Positions 37,563 through 46,857 of a DNA stretch of 64,000 bases are shown here, one piece after another. Made by a program: the position numbers and the translations under genes. Position 1 is the stretch's first letter. Each line of letters begins with the position of its first letter. Origin of the DNA: Candidatus Nomurabacteria bacterium (GTDB lineage Bacteria > Patescibacteriota > Minisyncoccia > Phycocordibacterales > UBA9973); NCBI GenBank assembly GCA_023267435.1, contig JAHFNH010000002.1, positions 88,706 through 152,705 on the forward strand, given 5' to 3'. Below the pieces are notes generated by a model. It worked only from the letters and a program-made list of their open reading frames with translations, was not told where the DNA came from and ran no database searches.

Positions 37563-39107
37563 CTAATTTGTTACAACTAATTGATTGGGAGAAGAAACCG
37601 CCAGGTCAAAATCTATCATATATAATCGTGGTACGCGTTTAAAATCAACATTCTCTTTTTCATCCCTAAAGAAACGAAGACAAAAATTGCGTTCATGAGA
37701 ATGGCCGTGTTTTATTTTTAACTTATTTAAAACTTTGATTATTTTATCTTTTTGTTCTCGCAATTCATCCACAAAAATTTCAGTTTTATCCGCCCAATCC
37801 GATAAATTTAAATCTAAAACACCACTATAGACATCGACCAAACCTTCCTTATTTAATTTATAAGATTGTATTGGTTCTATAGGCACATAATCAAAACTAG
37901 CTTCTTTCCATTCAGCGTAATCTTCATAAAGCTTCTGCCAAGTCATAAATGCTTCCGGTTTTATATGTCGTATTATTGTTTTATCTTTTAATTCACCACC
38001 AATCAATGTGAGACCAGAACCAGTTTTTTCAAATTCTTGTCTTGAGAAAGTTTTTTCATCAATTTTTTTATTGTCATATAAGGGTGATTTGATTAGTTCT
38101 TCACCTAACCCTTTTTCTATCAGCAAATTTATTAATTCTTTTTTATTTTCTTCCGGTACTGCCCAAAGCATTTTTACATATGCTTTTTGTATATCGACAT
38201 TGTGATTTTCAATACCCCTTTTTACTTTTTCTAATATTTTTATTTTTAAATTAACCGCATCTTCGTCAGGCACTGATCTCAGTATACCTACAGCTGCGTT
38301 TTGTATTTCAATATTTGGATTTTCCAGACACAAATTAATCAAATAACCTCTTTCTTTATATAATGCATTTTCGATCATTCTCACAGAGATCTTTTGTATT
38401 TCAATACTTGGATTTTCTAATCCCAGTTTAATCAAAGATGTTCTTTCTTCTTCGGGTACCAATCCCATTATTGATGCAGCTGCTTTTTGTATTTCAAAAT
38501 TTTGATTTTCAAGGCATTGTTTAACAAAAACAGATCTGCCTTTATATGGTAAATCTCCAATCATGCCTATATATGCCTTCTGTATTTCAACATTCGGATT
38601 TTCAAGACCCTCTTTTACTTTTTCTACAAGATCTTTTTTAAAAGAATCTTTTTCTTCATCTGACAACAACCAAAACATTCCGGTAGATATCTTTTGTATT
38701 TCAACATTTTTATTTTCAACCCCCAGCTTGATTAGAGATGCCTTATCTTCTTCTGGTGCAAATTCAATCATTTTTACGGAAGTCTTTTGTATATCAATAT
38801 TTGAGTTTTCAAGACCGAGCTTGATTAAAGATGTTCTTTCTTTTTCTGGTGCAGATGTAACCATTTCTGCAAATTCCCTTTGCACTTCAGTTATATGATT
38901 TAAATTTTGCTTCGGGGAAAATTTTTTTTCTTTTAAAGGCGGAGCATTTTCTATTTGTTCTCTAATGAGATTATCTTGATTTTTATCTTTTATATATCTT
39001 TTAAAACTATGTTCTGTTATTGAGTTTTGACCAGAAATCTCATACATTTTCAAGTATTCTGGCGTTATAGATTCTAGTTTTTTGATCTCTAAATTTGATT
39101 TTTCCAT
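37563..39107 (-). CDS. HEAT-like repeat protein with C-terminal atypical protein-kinase-like domain
   Basis: Seven or more ~33-aa repeats (…SLIKLGLENPNxEIQKxSVxMI…); the C-terminal 180 aa carry HGHSHERNF and YMIDFDLAV, reminiscent of RIO/APH catalytic and DFG-like loops. Confidence 0.55.
   Translation of the reverse strand: MEKSNLEIKKLESITPEYLKMYEISGQNSITEHSFKRYIKDKNQDNLIREQIENAPPLKEKKFSPKQNLNHITEVQREFAEMVTSAPEKERTSLIKLGLENSNIDIQKTSVKMIEFAPEEDKASLIKLGVENKNVEIQKISTGMFWLLSDEEKDSFKKDLVEKVKEGLENPNVEIQKAYIGMIGDLPYKGRSVFVKQCLENQNFEIQKAAASIMGLVPEEERTSLIKLGLENPSIEIQKISVRMIENALYKERGYLINLCLENPNIEIQNAAVGILRSVPDEDAVNLKIKILEKVKRGIENHNVDIQKAYVKMLWAVPEENKKELINLLIEKGLGEELIKSPLYDNKKIDEKTFSRQEFEKTGSGLTLIGGELKDKTIIRHIKPEAFMTWQKLYEDYAEWKEASFDYVPIEPIQSYKLNKEGLVDVYSGVLDLNLSDWADKTEIFVDELREQKDKIIKVLNKLKIKHGHSHERNFCLRFFRDEKENVDFKRVPRLYMIDFDLAVSSPNQLVVTN
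38190..38870. repeat. Tandem ~99-nt coding repeats inside the HEAT-repeat gene
   Basis: Recurring …tcttttgtat(a/t)tcaa(t/c)a…ttttcaa…gat(g/c)… units are visible at the nucleotide level. Confidence 0.7.
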
Positions 39108-39116
39108 TAAAAATTA

Positions 39117-39851
39117 TTAAGAGACAAATAATACTGCGCGGATTTCGTTTACTTTTTTCATAAATTCCATTTCATGATCCCTGCGCGGATGAGCTATGGA
39201 TATAGGTATTTCTTTCAATATTTTTCCGCCAGCGACTACTATCACCCTATCTGCCAATGAGACAGCTTCTTCTACCTGGTGAGTCACCATAAGAACAGTG
39301 ATATTCATTTCTTTACATATTTGAATCAGATCATCATGAAGTTCGGCTGATGTCTTTTCATCAAGAGAAGAAAACGGTTCATCTAAAAGAAGTAATTCTG
39401 GTTTTACAGCTAATGCGCGCGCAATACCCACACGCTGACGCTGTCCGCCTGATAAATTTCTAGGATACTTATCAGCAAAATCTTTCAACTTCATCATTGT
39501 TAAATATTTATCAACTTCTTCTTTTATTCTTTCACCTGAAAGTCCTGACGCTTCCAGTGCAATAGCAATATTGTCAGACACTGTCCTCCATGGCAAAAGC
39601 GCTCCATTTTGAAAAACCATAGAAAAATTGCAATCACACGAAACAGAACCAGCTGATTTATTTTCAATACCAGCAGCTATTTTAAGTATTGTTGATTTGC
39701 TGGAACCAGAAGGTCCGACGATGCAGACAAATTCATTTTTAGAAATTGAAAATGTGACATCACAAAGCTGAGCGACAGAATCATTGTCATAAGTTTTGAA
39801 AATCTTTTTGAATTCCAGTATTTTTTTATTCGAATCTAAATTTTTGTGCAT
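39117..39851 (-). CDS. ABC transporter ATP-binding protein (NitT/TauT-type)
   Basis: Walker A GPSGSSKST, signature LSGGQRQR, Walker B LLLLDEP. Confidence 0.88.
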   Translation of the reverse strand: MHKNLDSNKKILEFKKIFKTYDNDSVAQLCDVTFSISKNEFVCIVGPSGSSKSTILKIAAGIENKSAGSVSCDCNFSMVFQNGALLPWRTVSDNIAIALEASGLSGERIKEEVDKYLTMMKLKDFADKYPRNLSGGQRQRVGIARALAVKPELLLLDEPFSSLDEKTSAELHDDLIQICKEMNITVLMVTHQVEEAVSLADRVIVVAGGKILKEIPISIAHPRRDHEMEFMKKVNEIRAVLFVS

Positions 39852-40650
39852 AATTAAGCAAATTTTGCCATATAAAAATATTAATAATAGCTATAAAAAT
39901 AATCATAACGGTAACAGCAGCAAGAAATATATATGTATTGCCGTCAGTGATTGCTTTTACAAGTTCACTACCTATACCCGGAAGATCTCTGACTGTCGAA
40001 CCGACTGGTAAATAAGTATGCAGAACTTCAGCCACAATGGCTATGTTCCAACTTTGAGACCAAGCTAAAATAGATGCAGTCACGAGCTGTGGCGTAATGG
40101 CAGGAATAATAATGTGCCGTATATATTGATATTTTGAAAAATTAAAAACTTTTGACATAGATAATATTTCTCTCGGAATAATTTTTAAACCTCCAATGAG
40201 AGAGAACGTCATCATCCAAAGCATCGTAAAGAAAAATACGACAATAGCTGCGAGATTAAATAAACCAAATTGCACAAAAAGAAAAACCAAAATCGGGAAA
40301 AATGCCAAAATTGGAACAGATTGCAAAATATCTATTATCGGAAGTAAAACTTTTTCCGTGCGTGGACTTCGAACAGTAAAAATGGCTAGAGTGACTGAAA
40401 AAATAACAGCAAAAATGTAAGCAATAATAATACGTCCAAATGTCTGCACTGCTGCTGCTAAAATGCCGAGCATTGGTATTTCGCGTGCTTCCTCTTTGAA
40501 TTCATGACCGCCTCCAGTGAGAGCCACCACGACAGCGAAAAAAGCAATAAGAACAGTCGGTATTAATATCGATAAATATAAAAGCTTGCCCGTCGGCAAA
40601 GAATATAATCCCCTTATGCTTTCACCTAATTTTTTAATCTTTTGATACAT
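39826..40650 (-). CDS. ABC transporter permease (binding-protein-dependent family); no substrate-binding protein gene adjacent
   Basis: Six-TM permease pattern; overlaps the ATPase gene by 26 nt. Confidence 0.75.
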   Translation of the reverse strand: MYQKIKKLGESIRGLYSLPTGKLLYLSILIPTVLIAFFAVVVALTGGGHEFKEEAREIPMLGILAAAVQTFGRIIIAYIFAVIFSVTLAIFTVRSPRTEKVLLPIIDILQSVPILAFFPILVFLFVQFGLFNLAAIVVFFFTMLWMMTFSLIGGLKIIPREILSMSKVFNFSKYQYIRHIIIPAITPQLVTASILAWSQSWNIAIVAEVLHTYLPVGSTVRDLPGIGSELVKAITDGNTYIFLAAVTVMIIFIAIINIFIWQNLLNYAQKFRFE

Positions 40651-40678
40651 GACTTTTCCAACAAAGTAATTACACTAA

Positions 40679-42001
40679 TTATTCTTTTGATATCCACTCT
40701 GCATCCTGGCGGACTAATAGATTTTCTTTATTCTTCTGGTCTAAGAGCACTGCTTCGACAGTACGTTCCATACGCATCCCCTGAGAGCCTTTTATTAGTA
40801 CTAAATCACCTGGTTGTACAAAGACTTTAAGAAACTCTCCAGCTTCACGCGAATTTAAAAGTTCAAAAATATTTTTTGGATTCATTTCAGCTGAAAGTGC
40901 ACCTTCTTTAATAGCTTGCGCTCTGGGTCCGACAACAACAAGAACTTCAGCATTTTCTTTGGCAATTCTTCCAATATTTTTATGAGCTTCTTCTGTATGC
41001 TTGCCAAGTTCCAACATATCACCCAAGACAGCGACTTTCCTGCCTGTTGTCTCGCCCACACTGACAGGCTTCACTTCTCCTAAAGTTTTCAAAGCAGACT
41101 CGCAAGCAAAAGGAGATGAATTGTAAGTGTCATCGATAATCATAGAATTATTTATGCCTTTCAAAAGACGCATTCTACCCGGAGGAACGTCGTAATTTTT
41201 TAATGCATTAATCGCATTGATGATATTAAATTTCAAACCAAAAGAAAGTGCCAATGATGCGAGTGAAGCATAAACATGATTTCTTCCGAATACTCCCGCA
41301 ATAATAACCGGCAAACTTTTTCCTTCTTTATCTACTCTGAAAATTATTCCTTGAGGTTCTCCTGATTGTGTAGAATCATTATAAAAAATAGTATCTGCAG
41401 AACCCATCACATCAGCGCCTTCTTTGAATCCATAAGTTATGACGCGATTCTTGCTTTTAATTTTCATTTCCAATACAGCCTCATCATCAGCATTCAACAC
41501 TAGAAGACCGTCTTTTTTCAAAGTTTTAATAAGCTGACTTTTTTCATCTATTAAATGTTCGCGTGATTTGAAAAATTCAATATGCACAGGAGTCTCTCCT
41601 ATCGCTGTGATGATAACCGCATCAGTTTTTAACCAAGAAGCAGTCTGTTTCATATCACCCGGCTTGCCTATGCCGACTTCGAGCACAAGCCACTTTGGAT
41701 ATTTATGCGGAGCAATGATAAGCCACAAACCTTTTAAAATATTTTGTAACCAGACATAAGGATTATTCCAACCATTCGGACATCCTAAAATAGTAAGGGG
41801 TAAACCGATCTCGCTATTATAACTTTTTTCACTCTTGCGTACATGTGAAATTCCAGAAAGCACAGCGTATACCGCGTCTTTAGTGGAAGTCTTGCCGACT
41901 GAACCGGTAATAGCCACAACTTTCGGTTTGTATTTCCAAAGAACCAGTCGTGATTCTATTTTTAATATGTTAGCTATTATTTTTTTAAAAGTTGTTTTCA
42001 T
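40679..42001 (-). CDS. murF: UDP-N-acetylmuramoyl-tripeptide--D-alanyl-D-alanine ligase
   Basis: ITGSVGKTSTKD P-loop, Mur ligase architecture, dcw cluster context. Confidence 0.88.
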   Translation of the reverse strand: MKTTFKKIIANILKIESRLVLWKYKPKVVAITGSVGKTSTKDAVYAVLSGISHVRKSEKSYNSEIGLPLTILGCPNGWNNPYVWLQNILKGLWLIIAPHKYPKWLVLEVGIGKPGDMKQTASWLKTDAVIITAIGETPVHIEFFKSREHLIDEKSQLIKTLKKDGLLVLNADDEAVLEMKIKSKNRVITYGFKEGADVMGSADTIFYNDSTQSGEPQGIIFRVDKEGKSLPVIIAGVFGRNHVYASLASLALSFGLKFNIINAINALKNYDVPPGRMRLLKGINNSMIIDDTYNSSPFACESALKTLGEVKPVSVGETTGRKVAVLGDMLELGKHTEEAHKNIGRIAKENAEVLVVVGPRAQAIKEGALSAEMNPKNIFELLNSREAGEFLKVFVQPGDLVLIKGSQGMRMERTVEAVLLDQKNKENLLVRQDAEWISKE

Positions 42002-42061
42002 TATTTTGTTTATGGCCTAGCCATGAATTTGCTAATTCATATCGGGTATAAATTTGCTAAT

Positions 42062-43786
42062 TCACCTATCAGGTGGAATTTCATAATAATTTATCAAAAA
42101 TTTAGAGAGATCTAAAAACGGATCAGACCAAGTTTGAAACGCGTAAGGCACTCCTTTAGGATTTACTGCATAAAGAAAAACTATAAATTTCGGATCATAC
42201 GCTGGAAAATATGAGAAGAAAGAATGCGTATGCCTATCTTCATAATATCCTCCACCACCTTCTTTCGCAACTTGCGCGGTACCTGTCTTTGATGCGATAG
42301 AATAATGTTCTAGATTGGTAATTTTATTTTTCATATAAGCATCCATAACATTCACAAGCATTCGAGTTATCTCTTCGGAAGTTTTTCCAGAAATTTTTGT
42401 AGGCTTGGTAGGATACGATAAAACTTTTTCCGTACCATCGTCATACTTTATAGCTTTTACAATATGCGGAGTAACTAGATTGCCACCATTTGAAAGAGAA
42501 GCCAATGCACGAATCATTTCCATTGGAGTAAAAGAAACACCCTGTCCGAAAGAAGCATTTGCATTCTCAAGATCTCTAGGGCTTTTCAAAAAATTAGAAA
42601 CTAAACCGCTTGTTTCATTTGGTAAATCAATTCCTGTTTTTTCTTTGACGCCATAAGACAACATATAATCATGTAAATTTTGTTTGCCTAAATGCTGATA
42701 AACAAAAACCATTCCAGTATTTAATGATTGATTTAAAACTTCCTGCATTGAAATACCGTTTCCACGTCCCTTTTTATCAAAGTTATTTATTTGCTTTTTA
42801 TCTATAATTACAAAACCCCTATCATTGTATTTAGTATCAGCAGTCACTACGCCAGTATCAAGACCGGCTGCCATAACCAAAGGCTTCACAACCGATCCAA
42901 ATTCAAGAACATGTTCGATTAATGGATTCGCGAAAATTGACGCATCTGTTTCTTGAGAAAAATTATTTGGATTAAAATCCGGCTTAGCACTAAGCGCATA
43001 AATAGAACCGTCTTTAGGATTCATAATTATCCCGCCGACAGCATCGACGTTTTCTTTCTCTTTCACCTCAGATAATTTTTTTTCTAAAAATCCTTGCACT
43101 GCCGGCTCTATTGTCGTCACTACATCTCCGCCTGGTTTTGATTTTTTAAATAGTGTTTCGTTTATATTGGAAAAAACTTCTGCAAAAAAATTAACATAAG
43201 GATTGTCTACATCTCGAGAGAGTTCTGAATTGTATTGCCTTTCTATGCCATAACGCCCGCTAAATTCATTACCTTTGTATCCAACAATACCAAGTGTGTG
43301 TGAAGCAAGTGTATCCCCCGGATAAAAACGCCATTTTTCTTTGTATACGGAAACGCCAGAAATCTTTTCGGCTGAAATGGCATCAGCCTGTTCTTTTGAA
43401 AGACGATCTGCAATCTCTTCATAAGGATCATCTTTCTTAGAAGCTTTAGCAACAAATGAACCATGATCAAGGGTTATTTTTCCTGCTAATTTCTGATAAA
43501 CATTTTCTACATTAACAATTTTGTTTGGAGTGATAGCTAATTTAAATCCGGTAGTTTGCGTCGCAGCAGAAACGAGCTGTCCATCCTTGCGTTCAAAAAA
43601 AATAGTTCTGCGTTCGAAAATATCAGATGATGGCGTGGCGTACTGCCTATCTGCACGCTCTGAATAAGAATTTTTATGAACCACTTGCACCAAAAAAAGC
43701 TTTCCTATTAAAATCAAAGCAAGAACTAGTAACCCTAGAGAGACGATTCTTGTTCGAGAAAGAAAACTATAAGTCATTTTTTGCAA
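42062..43786 (-). CDS. ftsI: Peptidoglycan D,D-transpeptidase FtsI/PBP2
   Basis: N-terminal TM, SVVK (SxxK), SNG (SxN), KTGT motifs. Confidence 0.88.
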   Translation of the reverse strand: MQKMTYSFLSRTRIVSLGLLVLALILIGKLFLVQVVHKNSYSERADRQYATPSSDIFERRTIFFERKDGQLVSAATQTTGFKLAITPNKIVNVENVYQKLAGKITLDHGSFVAKASKKDDPYEEIADRLSKEQADAISAEKISGVSVYKEKWRFYPGDTLASHTLGIVGYKGNEFSGRYGIERQYNSELSRDVDNPYVNFFAEVFSNINETLFKKSKPGGDVVTTIEPAVQGFLEKKLSEVKEKENVDAVGGIIMNPKDGSIYALSAKPDFNPNNFSQETDASIFANPLIEHVLEFGSVVKPLVMAAGLDTGVVTADTKYNDRGFVIIDKKQINNFDKKGRGNGISMQEVLNQSLNTGMVFVYQHLGKQNLHDYMLSYGVKEKTGIDLPNETSGLVSNFLKSPRDLENANASFGQGVSFTPMEMIRALASLSNGGNLVTPHIVKAIKYDDGTEKVLSYPTKPTKISGKTSEEITRMLVNVMDAYMKNKITNLEHYSIASKTGTAQVAKEGGGGYYEDRHTHSFFSYFPAYDPKFIVFLYAVNPKGVPYAFQTWSDPFLDLSKFLINYYEIPPDR

Positions 43787-44117
43787 GTTTTATACTGCCA
43801 AGATATTCACGAGTTGCGTATTTTGTTTTCGTTTCTTGGAAACCCATCGATTTTGCAAGATTAAGATCAACTTTATTTGAGACAGAAAGATATTGCAACT
43901 CCAAATCTTGAACTTGATTTGAAAGAGTGTTAGCCTCAGCTTCAAGACTTTTTCGTTCTACAATATTAAAAACCATATTCGCTAAGAAGAAAACGTAGCA
44001 AGCTGCAAGTGCAACTAAAAACCAAAGCACAATATTTAATACCTGCCTTTCTAGGTTATTGTTTGCGATGTTTATGCTCATCGTATGCATCTTTGGTTTT
44101 ATGGACATTGTTCTCAT
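43767..44117 (-). CDS. ftsL: Cell division protein FtsL-like (single TM + coiled coil)
   Basis: Small bitopic protein between rsmH and ftsI. Confidence 0.6.
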   Translation of the reverse strand: MRTMSIKPKMHTMSINIANNNLERQVLNIVLWFLVALAACYVFFLANMVFNIVERKSLEAEANTLSNQVQDLELQYLSVSNKVDLNLAKSMGFQETKTKYATREYLGSIKLAKNDL

Positions 44118-44122
44118 AATTT

Positions 44123-45037
44123 TTATAATTTTTCTAAAATTCTTAATTTTGCACTTCTTGCTCTTGGATTATTTTTAATTTCTGCATCTCCAGAGACAAT
44201 CGGCTTTTTATTTATTAATTTCGCTTCATCATTCTTTTCTTTCTCTTTAAAAAACTTTTTAACAATTCTATCTTCTAAACTATGGAATGAAATGACTGAC
44301 ATCCTGCCTTCTTTTTTTAAAACACTGAAACCTTTCTCTAAACCTTTCTCTAACGCACCTAATTCATCATTCACTGCTATCCGTATTGCCTGAAAACTCC
44401 TCGTAGCAAAATGTAATCTTCCCTTTCGATATGCAGCTGGAACAGAATCACTGATAATCTTTACTAATTCAAAGGTCGTCTCAATCTTTTTAATTTTTCT
44501 AGCTTCGCATATTGCTTTAGCAATTCTTCTAGAAAATCTCTCTTCGCCGTAACCGTATATAACATTTGCGAGATTCTCTTCGCTCCAAGTATTTACCACA
44601 TCCATGGCGGTTAAATCTTCTGGAAGCGGATTTTCTTTCATCGTCATGAGCAATGGCTCGTTTTTCATGAAAGAAAATCCTCGTCCGGAATTATCTAACT
44701 GGTCTGAACTCAATCCTATATCTAATATGATTCCATCAACTTCTTTTATCTCTTCAGTCTCTAAGGCTTTATCTAATTCTCTGAAATTAACATTGTGAAA
44801 AGAAACTTTGCAGTCCACATTTTCAAACTTACTCTTTGCTTTTTCCCAAGCACTCTTGTCTTGATCGATGGCAATGATTTTCACTCCAGGAAATTTTTTA
44901 CAAACTTCCGCACTGTGTCCTCCGCCACCAAATGTGCCATCTAGCACAATCGACTTTGAATTCAAATTCAAACCCTCTATTGTTTCATTTAAAAGAACTG
45001 TCTTGTGAACGCTCTCCATCTTATAAAACTCCCGCAC
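44123..45037 (-). CDS. rsmH: 16S rRNA (cytosine1402-N4)-methyltransferase RsmH (MraW)
   Basis: DGTFGGGGHS SAM motif. Confidence 0.9.
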   Translation of the reverse strand: MREFYKMESVHKTVLLNETIEGLNLNSKSIVLDGTFGGGGHSAEVCKKFPGVKIIAIDQDKSAWEKAKSKFENVDCKVSFHNVNFRELDKALETEEIKEVDGIILDIGLSSDQLDNSGRGFSFMKNEPLLMTMKENPLPEDLTAMDVVNTWSEENLANVIYGYGEERFSRRIAKAICEARKIKKIETTFELVKIISDSVPAAYRKGRLHFATRSFQAIRIAVNDELGALEKGLEKGFSVLKKEGRMSVISFHSLEDRIVKKFFKEKEKNDEAKLINKKPIVSGDAEIKNNPRARSAKLRILEKL

Positions 45038-45455
45038 TGCTTAACTTTTCTGCTAATTGATCCGCTTGTTTTTCAACAACCTGTCGATAATCTGACCATG
45101 CTTTTTCATTCCACACTTCCACTCGATTCTTTACTCCGATCAATGCCGCCTTGCCGTCTAATCCAACTCTGGCCTTTAAAAAATCTGGAATAAGTATTCT
45201 ACCGATTGAATCTACATCTATCTCTGTCGCTCCTCCGAACATGTAACGATTCAAACCTCTGCTGTCTGACTGCAAGAAAGATGGCGTAGAAAGCTGTTCT
45301 GAAATTTTTATCCATTCCTTGCTGGTAAAAATAAATAAACAATTATCGAAACCGGGAGTGATGACTATTTTCTTACCCATTTCTTTGCGAAATTTAGAAG
45401 GTAATGAAATTCTATTTTTATCATCTATTGTATGTATATATTCGCCGATTAACAT
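45021..45455 (-). CDS. mraZ: Transcriptional regulator MraZ
   Basis: Two DxxxR MraZ repeats (DDKNRISLP …). Confidence 0.88.
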   Translation of the reverse strand: MLIGEYIHTIDDKNRISLPSKFRKEMGKKIVITPGFDNCLFIFTSKEWIKISEQLSTPSFLQSDSRGLNRYMFGGATEIDVDSIGRILIPDFLKARVGLDGKAALIGVKNRVEVWNEKAWSDYRQVVEKQADQLAEKLSSAGVL

Positions 45456-45478
45456 AATTTTTTATTCATTTATTTTTA

Positions 45479-45528
45479 TCCCACTCTTTCCCACTTACTA
45501 CACATTATAAACCACTATCCCCCACAAT
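45479..45528 (-). promoter_or_regulatory. MraZ operator: direct GTGGG repeats at ~10-bp spacing overlapping a TTTATAAT -10 box (minus strand)
   Basis: Minus strand reads GTGGGggata GTGGTTTATAATgtgtagtaa GTGGGaaaga GTGGGat. Confidence 0.65.
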
Positions 45529-45655
45529 GCCAAAGTCTTTACTGTGGATAACTAAAAACAACATTTCCATCTTTATGTTGCAATTTAAGTTTTTTATTGT
45601 ATTATGAGACTTAGACAAATAAATTCTTCACAAACCTATAAAAACATATAGAAAA

Positions 45656-46093
45656 ATGGAAACAGCCCAGACACAAACAGACAAAGGTATTAGACTATAT
45701 CTTTGCAACATAAACTTGTTCATAGCAGAACATTTAGGTTGTACAATTCCAGGTAATAAATATTACAGAAAACCTGACGGAGAATTACGTTCAATGATTC
45801 CTCCAGCTGAATTTGATCACATGAAATATAATCACCCCAATTTGAATAAAAACACTGAACTTTGGGGGAAAGGTAAAGTGCTTTTCTCTGCCGGTGAAAC
45901 ACCTGAACCATTTTTTGAAATGCCATTAGTAGACGAAGTTGTTGATTTAGATGATATAAAAATATCTGACATAATCATAGCAGTGTGGGGTTTCCTTATG
46001 GACGAAGGAAGAATGTTTTTCAAATTAAAAAGTGACAATGTCGCTCTTGAAATTGATTACAAAAATCAAAAAATTCTTCTGTATGAATTATAA
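45656..46093 (+). CDS. Hypothetical protein (145 aa)
   Basis: ORF; terminator follows. Confidence 0.5.
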   Translation: METAQTQTDKGIRLYLCNINLFIAEHLGCTIPGNKYYRKPDGELRSMIPPAEFDHMKYNHPNLNKNTELWGKGKVLFSAGETPEPFFEMPLVDEVVDLDDIKISDIIIAVWGFLMDEGRMFFKLKSDNVALEIDYKNQKILLYEL

Positions 46094-46205
46094 AATTTCA
46101 TGGTAGTTATATCGGTCTACCCAATAAACAAAATCGAGAGAAGAAATAAATATTTTTTTATTTAATATCTTCGAGTACCTACCTTAGGGTACTTTTAAAA
46201 TTAAA

Positions 46206-46232
46206 GGAGTACCGATGGTGCTCCTTTTTTTA
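46206..46232 (+). terminator. Terminator (ggagtaccgatggtgctcc + T-run)
   Basis: Hairpin plus ttttttt. Confidence 0.65.
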
Positions 46233-46857
46233 TTTCTTTTTATATTTTAATAATAAAAAAAACGCCCTCACATATGTGACGACGCTTTTGCGTTTTTCTC
46301 AATCTTTTGATTGATTAAAACTATGATGGAGGAAATGAAAATCGCTTTAGTCCTTATCTTTGGGAGTTGCTCAAGAGCAATCTTATATGATGAAGGACGG
46401 GATTCCATTCGATTTTTACTGGCTTTATTTTTGTCGTAGATTGGCTAACCTTTGACTAAAATAGTTTTGAATATCGTTTGCTTTTTAAGGCAATGATGAG
46501 ACATTACTACTCTCTCGTTTGATAAACTTGCGTTTTTCTTAGAAAGAACCAATATTTTAAAGAACTATATCCTATGTCTTTTTTAGGGACATTATTTATT
46601 TGATTGATCTCTGTTGCCAGATAAAACCAAATTTTTTCGGAAGAAACTTGTCTTGTTTATGTTTATTTGTTTAGCTTTCGCTTCACATTTAGAACATAGA
46701 ACAAGATTACGAAACCCTGACGAATCTTTTGATTTGGAGTCACTCCTTTTGGGAGGCTTTGACATCAATTAACTCGTATTAAAGATACTACTCAAAAATA
46801 AAATTCCGTCAATTGTGGAAAAGTATTCCGCAACAAAATTATATTTTTTGTCAAAAA

